Below, in pieces: positions 54,948 through 64,000 of a stretch of 64,000 nt of DNA. Positions within the stretch are counted from its first letter, which is position 1. Each line of letters begins with the position of its first letter. A model generated the notes under the pieces. That model had not been told where the DNA came from. It saw nothing but the letters and a program-made list of their open reading frames with translations, and ran no database searches. Both the position numbers and the translations under genes were made by a program. The stretch spans positions 71,240,001 to 71,304,000 of the forward strand of contig NC_087437.1 in the NCBI RefSeq assembly GCF_036321535.1, in the 5' to 3' direction. The DNA is from Camelus dromedarius. Its lineage: Eukaryota.

Positions 54948-55090
54948 CTATCACACCCTTCATCGAGATCTTGGCAATCACACAAACAAGCAGCCACGTG
55001 GTTCTTTTCCCCATTTCGATCTATGTACTCGCAGCAGCACAGGGGCTCCAATTCAGGTTCTTCCGCTTTGTTTTTCTTCACCGGCTTCAT
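54948..55090 (-). CDS. ZDHHC23: ZDHHC23 first coding exon (coding part; the exon probably starts at 55221)
   Basis: ATG at 55090. Translates MKPVKKNKAEEPELEPLCCCEYIDRNGEKNHVAACLCDCQDLDEGCD(R), donor GTaaga. The four exons total 1290 nt, giving 429 aa. Confidence 0.93.
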
Positions 55091-55329
55091 GCTGCCCCTC
55101 TCGGTCGTGATTTCCACCTGTCACCGTGAGGCATAAGAGGCCCTCAGAAGGTAAAGGTGGAAAGAACACAACTCACATCTTGTAAACCCATCCACGCCTC
55201 TCTCTGATTAACCGCCAGTGCCTGAGAAATAAAAAATGAGAAGAGGGGGATGGGGGACCCCCTTTTCATCAGGCTTTTCTGGCTCGACCTGTCGAGACAG
55301 ACAGCTCTAGGGCTTTAGGGGCTCCAAGC

Positions 55330-56480
55330 TGCCTTCACCGCGGGGTCCCCACCCAGAACAGGCGCTGTCTGGGCACCAGCCGTTCCCATAGCGACAGCCG
55401 ACTACGCGGCCCGGGACAGCCGGGGCGCGGGTGGTTGCGCTCACCTGCGGGTGCGGGCTAGGGAGGGCCGAGCGGTCCCCGCCCGCAGCCTAGGCGTGGG
55501 TGGAAACACCGTCAGGGACGCGGGCAGAGACAAAGCGTGCACCCGCTGGAGCCGGCGAACGTCCCCGGCTGCTGGGGCCGGCGACCCGGCTCCGGAGAGG
55601 CCACCAGGCGCCCGGGGTCGCCGTCCAACCCGACTTCTCCGTAGCGAGCTGGGCGCGCCTCTCCCGCCTCCGCCAAACGTGAGGACGTGGGCGGGCCGTG
55701 AACACCGCCCCGCCCGAAGAATGACCTTGAGAGGGAAGTTACCTGCGCTCCGGGGCCAAGGTGAGGCTGAAGCCAAGGAAGCCAAGGCGGAGGGAAGAAG
55801 GGTCGGCTCCTCCGGAGGCGCGGACACGTTTCCCGGTGTCTGCTCCGCGGGGCGTGATGGCTGGAGTCTCCGGGCCTCCGGCTCCACTCTGCCGCGCCCT
55901 CGCCGCCGCCGCCGCCGCCCACCTGTGACCACAGCTGGCCGCCGCCGCCGCCGCCGCCGCCGCCGGGGCGGTGCGCCCGCCTCCCCGTGGCGTCCGCGCC
56001 GCCCCCCAGCCCGCAGGGCTCCGCGCGGCAGGTCGGCGCGCTTCCGGGTGCCCCGCCCCCGGCGCCGGGGATCCCCGCCCGCCCGCTCGCACGTGCAGAG
56101 CCCGCCGGCGAGGCCCCTCCCCGGCCCGCGGCCCTGACGCCTGGAGGAGCGGTAGAGCGCAGAACGCGCTCCCGGGAGCGGGCCCCGGAGGCGGGGCGCA
56201 GGGCTGGCCCCGCACCTCCGCCCCGCCCTTCCCCAGGGGTGGCCGCCCGGACCCCGCCCGCCCCGCCGGTGCCCGCTGGCGGCGCGTGGGCGGGGCAGCC
56301 TCCAAAGGCTTCGGGTCGGGAAGGCGCCGGGACGGAAATGCGGGAAACCCTGGAACCCGGAGGGTTTCCTAAGTACGTGAGACCCGTGGGTCGGTTTGCC
56401 TTCATTCAGACGCCAGCAACAGGCGTTGGGGGAGAGCTCCATTGCAAAATATTACCGCCGTACCGCCCCCGAATTCGCTA
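55330..56480. promoter_or_regulatory. ZDHHC23: CpG island: ZDHHC23 promoter and non-coding first exon(s)
   Basis: Very GC- and CpG-dense, with GC boxes (ccccgccc) and minus-strand donor sites upstream of the first coding exon. Confidence 0.88.
55902..55964. repeat. (GCC)6 and (GCC)9 trinucleotide tracts
   Basis: Read directly at 55902-55919 and 55938-55964. Confidence 0.95.
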
Positions 56481-56785
56481 CCTTTTTCTTAAAGGCCCAT
56501 CACTGTCCCTGATCTGTTAATTACCCAACTTGTTCTTTTTCATGATTTCTGGCGAGCAGTCGCTACACTGGACCAGCAGGCCTATCTGGTACTTTAGTTC
56601 CAGCAGGCTGCATATTTGAAACGAAACTGCCCTAAGAGAAGAGTCCTAAGAGTCCTCTTGGGATTTTATTTTTACACATTTTTAAAAAGAGTGTAGGCCC
56701 ATGTATATGTTTTCACTAAAATAGGCCTTCTAGATTTGGGAGGGTTTAACAGAAAAAGAAGAAAAACAACCTAGAGATTTTGAGT

Positions 56786-56791
56786 TTTATT
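56786..56791 (-). terminator. Candidate GRAMD1C polyadenylation signal
   Basis: AATAAA on - with a U/GU-rich downstream stretch (gttgtttttcttctttt), 1.6 kb past the stop codon. Confidence 0.55.
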
Positions 56792-58382
56792 GATGTCTAA
56801 TTTACATAGGCTCAAATACAATTAATTGAATTCTGCATACATATTTAGTCATAATTTATAAAGCGACTTACTTTGGTAATTTTCTTTGAGGTATTTTATG
56901 AAGTACAAGTTTTAAAGAAACATCACAAAAATATGCAGCTTGTCACTGATCATTTCTGTGAATTTAACAGAGAACAAGATCTCAAGTTGACAATCCACTC
57001 TTGCTCACAGCCACACACTTCATAAATCCTTACCAAAAAAACTTTCAGGTAGGTACACTGGCACCCCAAGGTGAGTTAATTGGGATTCAGCTAGAGAAAC
57101 CCATTTCCCTCTAATCCAGTCAATATTTTCATTCTCTACCCACATCTCAAAAATGACTTTAGCAATCCATGTACTTTGGGTGACTCTGGGCAAAAAAAAT
57201 AATATTTAGCCAAAGGCAATTGTTATTCAAACAGTGAGAATATATACAAATTATTCTGCATTCTCCTTCTCTTGTTCCAGCAACATCACTTGACTTGAAA
57301 CACATATGCCTAAAAAGTTTAATGAAAGCTAATGTATGACTTACAACTCGTCAGTGCACTTGTATTGGGAGATGATGCCCCTCAAAGTCTTTATCAAAGT
57401 GCTAATGTTTGTGTCTGGCTTATAACTTACTGACTAAAGCCACACACATGAATGAGTAAATGAAGCCTTACGTGGCTACTTAAAAGTAATCCACAAATTA
57501 TTTTCAACCAGACAGCTCATTTCCACTGTGAAAGTTTGCTAAGCTGAAGCCAAGCTTAGTTCAAGTATTCATTTGATCTGTCACTAAATGCCCAGATTTT
57601 AACATAATCTTCTGGTTTCTAAAACTCAGAGCATGGTTCTTCGTTCTGAGAGTTGGTATCCAACATGTTCCCTTTTCCAGAATTGACTCTTCTGCCATTT
57701 GAGGTATGAAGAGGCAAGATAATCTCATCTTTGATAGCTAACGGAAGAAGAAACAGTTATTTCTTTCAGAGAGATACAACATGGCTTGAAGAATCTTTCA
57801 GATCATAATCAACATGCAGATTCAAAGGGTCTGACTACTGAATTTGCATGATACATAAATGAAGACATTGCAGTATTTACAGTACACAAACCTCTGAACA
57901 TTATATGCCTGAAAACTGATCCTTCAAAGTTAGTAATGATTTAAGAGATTTCTTCTTATATTGTCTTCTTTATCCTCTCCAATGTATCTCAACTGTGAGA
58001 GCAGCCTATTGGATGCATACTGGTTCTGTGCTAACAGATAAACATAAAGCATCAAACTTCAAACCTCACTGTGAAAACGAGGCCGTACAGCTCAGTTCAG
58101 AATCTCTTTTTCTTTTTGTGTCGCAGAAATTCAAATCCCCAAATATTTCACACTTCACTGGAGAAATTCACAGCTTAGAATTACGTATAATGAAAGGATG
58201 GTTTCTTAAGGCCATCAGAGACTAATTCTCAAATGTTATTAAAAAGAACGTTCATATTAATATGAATAAGGAGAAAATACGGAAATATTCCTATGACGAT
58301 TGAAATCCTTCATCCTCTGGTTTCCTTCAAGATGTTTTCTTTTGGTTCCAGGTAGGTCCTACAATTTCAGTCCTTAAGATCA

Positions 58383-58463
58383 CTAGCTTTTGACAACCAG
58401 GCCAGTCTTGTTCTTATTTAGTAGCTCAAAGGTTCTCTGAAGCATAATGAGTGAGCTCTTCAA
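58383..58463 (-). CDS. GRAMD1C: GRAMD1C (Aster-C) last coding exon
   Basis: Acceptor tatctttgcAG. Translates LKSSLIMLQRTFELLNKNKTGLVVKS*, matching the remembered human C-terminus. Confidence 0.92.
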   Translation of the reverse strand: MKSSLIMLQRTFELLNKNKTGLVVKS

Positions 58464-59039
58464 CTGCAAAGATAATTTTCAAAATCAGATTGTTGAAATG
58501 TTTTGATTATTTGTATGCCAGGAGTTTACATTTAATAGAACCTTGTTTTTACTGGTGCCCAAACAAAAGACTGACTGATTCCTTAGGGTATCTGTCGTAG
58601 GACTGCTGCAGTTCCTCCCACGTGCCCTAGCACTGCCCGTCTTCCTACAGCGTACTGCTGTGTGCGCCACCTCCCAGTAGGTCTATTCATCAAATTCTCC
58701 ACGGTGAAGGGTTTGTTTTCTTAAATGATTTCTGAAGCTGCAGTGGTCTCCTCACTAGCCCCTAAACAACTCAAGTTCCACGTCCCTTCCTTTATTTGTT
58801 CTTAGGCTCATGTTTGTCTTCACCTCTCTAAAACTTACTGTACCCCCTGTTTCCATGTAGTTTTCCCTAATCGTTCTGCCTCTAACCTCCCAAAGCATTA
58901 CTACTTACTTTGACACTTAATTTTATACTTGTTCAACAGTCTTTAACAATACATATAGGTATCTGATTTCTCTAGTAAAACTATAGGCAACTTGAGAGCA
59001 AGAATTAGGTCTTATTCTTTTTTTGTGTTCATTCGTCCA

Positions 59040-59590
59040 GTCATTCATTCAACAAATATCCTTTGCTTGCCTGTGATATGCTGGGCACCGTGCTAAGCAC
59101 TGGGTATATACAACGGTGAACCAAATAGGCACTGTCTCTGCCTTCACGGGACTTGCAGACTAGTGAGGGAAACAGAACTAAAGCAAATAATCGCGTATGT
59201 ATATGTGTTTTTACACACTGTATTAAGTTTTTGACTTGAACAACTGGAGGGTGATAGTATCATTTTCTGAGATTAGGTCAACTAGAGGAGAAATGGGTTC
59301 GATTCAGGATGAAAACTGAGTTCTGTTTTGGATACGATTAGTTTGAGATGCCTGGTTAGCATCCAAGCAAAGATGCCAAGTTGGCAAGCTGCTGTCTGAG
59401 TCTGGTGCTCAGGGAAGAGGTCAGGGTGAGAGAGATGCTTTGGGAGCCATTGACACATGTGGTTTTCCAAGTTAGGGGAGTGGCTGAGATCACCTAAAGG
59501 GCAGCAGAGGAGAAGGGAAACCAATCTAAGGCAGAGCCTGGAGCACTGGGTCAGGACAAGGTCAGGTAGAGGAGATGGCTGTAACCAGCA
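59040..59590 (-). mobile_element. LINE-2 fragment
   Basis: tcattcattcaacaaatat and gagttctgttttgga...tttgagatgcct motifs. Confidence 0.7.
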
Positions 59591-59599
59591 AAAAGCAAT

Positions 59600-59893
59600 T
59601 TAACATCGTGCTAAGTGAAAGAAGCCAGGCATGAAAGACCATATATTATATGGTCCTATTTATATGAAATGTCCAGATAGGCAAACCCACAGAAAGAGAA
59701 AGTAGATTAGTGATCACCAGGAGCAGAGAGAGTGAGGGATGGGAGTGACTGCTCATGGATACAGGGTTTCTTTTAGGGGTGATAAAAATGCTCTGGACTT
59801 AGATAGTGATGATGGTTGCACAACTTCATGAATATACTAAAAATTCTTTAAAAGGTGAATTTATAGTATGTGAATTATATCACAATAAAGCTG
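59600..59893 (+). mobile_element. L1MB/MC-type 3' end
   Basis: gctaagtgaaagaagccag...gaaatgtccagataggcaaa...tgaattatatcacaataaagctg. Confidence 0.8.
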
Positions 59894-60129
59894 GGGGTTT
59901 TTCCATAGTTCTAAAGAAGGCAAGATTAGATACATTTCAAAAAAGGAATGATCAGCTCTGTCAAATGCTGGCACTGTAAGATGAAAACTAAAAAAAGGTA
60001 CATTAACTTTAAAAGCCAGAGGTCACTGGGGAACTTAGCTTGTGCAGTATCAGCAGAAGGTATAGGGGAACAAGTCCTGGCAGGAGTGGGCTGAAGACTG
60101 AGTGAGTGGATGAAATACATGCATCCAAT

Positions 60130-62208
60130 TTTGCTCCCTCCTGAAACCCCACCAAGAGCACAGCAAAGGGATTTTTTAAGGCATAAATCCACAAGGACGG
60201 GAAAAACAGAGAAGGTAACAACAGTAACACAACTTTGGAAACTGGAAAGCAGACAGGTGACTTAGCAGCCCTGAAAACGCTGAATCCTAAGCTAACAGTA
60301 CAGAAACCTGAAAACCAACCAAATTTACCCTGAGACATCCTCAAAAGCCCCAGGGATTGACAGGCGTCTCTGAAAGTGGGAATAAAGAGAAAGGGACTGA
60401 AATAAGAAGGACTAGCTGAACCTCTGGACATGTGGCCTCTTCTACTACCTGGGCAGAAGCCTAAAATTTTATTTTCTGGAGAGGATAAAACAGAGGGTCT
60501 TTGACTATCTGGCCAGGAGGACACCAAGACAACTTTAAAGACACTGTACCAAAAATGGGGATTATACAAAAATATGTATATTGAAAGTTGAGACCATCCC
60601 TTTGCCCTGCTGTCCTCCATCCCTTACTCTCACTAGGCTCCTAAAGTGCTGGCAGCCAGCCCTTAATCCTTCAGATAGGAGACTGGAAGAGTCTTCTCTG
60701 TGGAAACTGACCAGTCCAAGAGGAAAGACCTAAAGATACTGACATCAGGATTTCTCAACCAATGGCCCAGCCAGGTCAACCAAGAAGTTCAGGGTAGACC
60801 AGTCTGACCCACATGTTAGGAACTTTTAATCCACACAGGCAGACAATAAAAAACTACAGTCATCTAAAGAAATCCTCTAGCCCTAAGGATAGAAATCAAA
60901 ACAGGGGGAAAGGATCTTGCTGGAAAGCAGGTATGCAAGAAGAAGAAGAAAAAATTTTTTTAATTATCAGTAATATGGTCAGAGAGAAAGATATAGTCAC
61001 TTAAAAAGATCACAATGCCAGTTGAAAAAAGAAAATTCAGAAAACAGCTCTTTGAAATTAAAAACTTGCCTGCAAAAATTGAAATGCTTGATAGAAGAAT
61101 TTGAAGATTAAGTTAGGAAACCTCTGAGGAAGCAGAACAAAAGGACAAAGAGATGGAAGCTGGAAAGAAGAGGTAAGATTAGACAACCTGTCCAACAGAA
61201 AGCCAATGTCTGATTACAGGCACTACAGATAGTCGGGGAGAGAGAGTGGGGGGAGGAAGTCATCAGCCATACAGCTCAGCATTTCCCAGAACAAAAGGGC
61301 CTGAATTCCCAGATGAAAGGATCAGGAATGAGAGCAGCCTCAGAATTCTCAGTAGTAAACACTGGGAGCCAAAAGGCCACGGGGCAATGCCTTTCATGTT
61401 CTGAAGGCACGTTATTTCCAAGCTAGAATTCTCTTCCCTGTCAAACTATTCATCAAGGGGAAGAGTAGAATAAAAACTTTCCAGACAGATGAAGTCTTAA
61501 AATACCTACCTCCGTACCCTCCTTCTACTAGAGGATATGCTCCATGAAAACGAGGGAGGAAACCAAGAAAGCAGAAAGCAAGGGATAAAGGAAACAGGGA
61601 CCCCAGGATGCCAGCTGTGCACCCAGAGAAAGGCCATCGGGCCTGCCTGGAGCCAGGCAGAGGCTCCATGGACAGAACACCTAAGTGACTGAAGATTATG
61701 AGAGGAGGGGGAGCATCGGGATGAAACACTTATAAATAATATAATAAATGAATCGACTGTAATAAGACAATTTCAGGGGTAAGAAAAAGCACAGAAAAGA
61801 AAAAGTAGTCATGGCCCATACTGTGGCTCAGCTCAGAACAGTAAACTTACTCAAAACAAAGCCAACACTGAATACTGAGCTAACCAAAACTCTAACTTCC
61901 TTGGGAGGATGGGGGAATTAGAAATGGGAGCAAGAAGAGGTAAAAGAAAACAAAATCCTGGTCTTCCAGAATAGCACGTCAAAAGATAATGTCTAAAACT
62001 GAACAATCAGGAAGTATCAATACATGCTTGTTGTTTATAAACACGGAGGTGAACACCCAGAGAATGAACCAAAAGAGTTGAAGATTGTTCTTTGGGAAAG
62101 AAATGGAGCCCAGGGTACTGGGGTTGCTATTTTTCTGAACAAACCTTGTAGGACAAGTTAACTCTTTATGTGAGTGAGTGATTTTGGCGAAAACAAAACC
62201 TTTAAAAA
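60130..62208 (+). mobile_element. HAL1-like (ORF1-only L1 derivative) element
   Basis: ORF1 C-terminal-like sequence (ttccaagctagaattctcttccctgtcaaactattc) with no ORF2, ending in a HAL1-like 3' end and an A-run. Confidence 0.6.
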
Positions 62209-63557
62209 AGTGATGAGTTCTGAAGGATAAAACAGTGACAGCCAGAGTAGCAGCTCTGGGAGCTTGACTGTGAAAGGGAGCAGACATGGGTGAGTGGGTA
62301 GAGAAGGACGTGGACAACATGGGTGTTCTAACGGAGGAGGTAAGGGAGCAGGGGCTTGTGCGGATGGTAAAGATCCAGCTGAATGAGGGAGACTGAAGAT
62401 GGGGAAGCGGGAGGGGTGATGGATGGAGTCTCCTGCCAACTAGTGTTGGGACTTGCCTCCGGTTGGCAGAGCAGTGCCTCTAACGGGAGCGCAAAATAGG
62501 ACAGGGGTGCAGTGTTACAGAGGTTTGTAGATTTGGTTACAGAAGGAGAGGGGAAGCCTCTTTTCTCCTTGTGGCATAGCCATTAAGTTAAGAGTCAGAG
62601 GGAAAGGGGCGGAGAGGCTGAAAGGGAAAATGAGAAAATGATCCATTCCCTGCTAAGTGGGAGGAGAAAGTTGCTAACAGGAGATAACTGTGCATCTGAA
62701 AAGCATGAGTTGAAGCTGTAACCTTTGGTGCCCTGCATGGTACCCTAAGGTATGCTCAATAACTGAATCTTCGAAAAAACAAACCAATGCATAGAAGAAA
62801 AGGAAGGAAGGAAATAAAACAAAATTTTAACAGTGATTATGTCTGAATACTAGAACTGTAGGTTTTCTTCTCTTCAGCTATTCTCTATTTTTCAATTTTG
62901 AAAACTATGCATGTTATATATGATGATGGAAGTATTAATCTTTATTTTTCAAAGGGAATCCTAAGTTTTGGTTTGTAGTACCAAGCAGTATATATTGATG
63001 ACACTATGTTCAAGAGATAAAGCGTATAGCAAAACATCAAAATAACCTAAATGCTCATGGAGAACTGGTAAAATAATTTTGGCATACATGCACAGCTGAA
63101 TTCTATGCAGCTGTTAAAAGAGGAAGCACTGTATATGCTGGTATGGAAGTTTCTCCATGATACATAATTAATAGATAAAAACAAAATAATGAGCAGTGCA
63201 TAAAATATCTACCATTTCTACAAAAAGAGCTAATATGAAGTATAAAATTTTATATAGAAGGATCAATAAAAAGAATGTGGTAGATGTACACAAGCTGATA
63301 TGGGAACATCTTCAAAATATATTGAAAAAAGAGGGTATGCAATGATGAGTATAGTATGCTCCCATTTTGTGAAAAAAAAAAAGGACAAGTGACTATATAC
63401 ATAAAAGGCATAATTCAGAAGCTGGTAAGGACAGTTGCCTCTGGGAGGGGGGATTTCTTCAATTAAAGGGATAGTAAACACTCCATCACAACCAGAGGGG
63501 CAGCTGACCCGCACTGGGATGAGAGCAGTAAGTGCTGTGGTACCCAGAGTTGCCGAC

Positions 63558-63663
63558 CTGTTCGAGCATCACAATGGACTCCCGGAGCACTCCTTTTAAA
63601 TGATGGGCCTGGTCTGTGCTCTTTCGAATTTTTTCTGTACTTGACACCATATCGGAGGCCAAA
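63558..63663 (-). CDS. GRAMD1C: GRAMD1C penultimate coding exon
   Basis: Acceptor ttttctttcAG and donor GTcggc. Translates (N)LASDMVSSTEKIRKSTDQAHHLKGVLRESIVMLEQ. Confidence 0.92.
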
Positions 63664-63876
63664 CTGAAAGAAAAATACCATCTTAAAAATCGAGGGAATA
63701 GCTTCTAGTCTTTCATTTCAAGAAATCATCAGTGCCCTATAAGTCTGCAGACAAAACAAAAAAGTTTATGACTGCAGAACAGTTTGGCAGACCAAAACCT
63801 CTAAAACTGGAGTTAAGTTTTCTGCAGCAAAGGCATTATTGAAATAATAAGAGGTTGGGGGGAAGAAAAGACTTAC

Positions 63877-63987
63877 TTTGAAGATTTCTCTTCTTGGAGG
63901 TGAAGGCGGTAAAAGGACTGAGCAGCGGATTCTATCTTTGACAGCTTCAGAAACAGCGTCACATTCAATAAAACCAGCAACAGCAAA
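63877..63987 (-). CDS. GRAMD1C: GRAMD1C coding exon (end of the transmembrane helix)
   Basis: Acceptor gccacctAG and donor GTaagt. Translates LLLLVLLNVTLFLKLSKIESAAQSFYRLHLQEEKSS(N). Confidence 0.92.
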
Positions 63988-64000
63988 CTAGGTGGCACAA

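Noticed and set aside
55118..55176. Possible mini-intron (GTGAGT...ACAG) in the ZDHHC23 leader
   Set aside because: At about 59 nt it is shorter than typical mammalian introns and has no supporting evidence.
55441..56520. Several long overlapping ORFs (up to 333 aa) on both strands
   Set aside because: Low-complexity Arg/Gly/Pro/Ala frames, expected in a GC-rich CpG island where stop codons are rare.
60009..60620. 203-aa minus-strand ORF
   Set aside because: Antisense to an old HAL1/L1-like element, with no coding features.
1..64000. A novel multi-gene system
   Set aside because: All credible coding signal is explained by CCDC191, ZDHHC23, GRAMD1C, an ATP5PB retrocopy and transposon relics, in the gene order remembered from human.

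Overview
This is mammalian genomic DNA, most likely camelid, because it carries three tRNA-derived SINEs resembling the camelid Vic-1 family. Three protein-coding genes can be rebuilt exon by exon from splice sites and reading frame. (1) The 3' part of CCDC191/KIAA1407 on + has 9 coding exons at 2105-42332. (2) The complete palmitoyltransferase ZDHHC23 on - has 4 coding exons at 48598-55090 (429 aa), a CpG-island promoter near 55.3-56.5 kb and a probable 3'UTR of about 4.3 kb. (3) The last three coding exons of GRAMD1C (Aster-C) lie on - at 58383-63987. CCDC191 introns hold a decayed processed pseudogene of ATP5PB plus many L1, L2, MaLR, ERV-L and SINE relics; a HAL1-like element lies in the last GRAMD1C intron. 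I found no new biological system. The points most worth checking are a probable GC-AG intron in CCDC191, a uORF-rich ZDHHC23 leader with ACG where human has its first ATG, a probable L1 3' transduction, an L1 whose 5' end sits about 30 nt from a splice acceptor, and a micro-inversion inside an L1. Gene and repeat names come from remembered sequences, not from database searches, and repeat boundaries are approximate.
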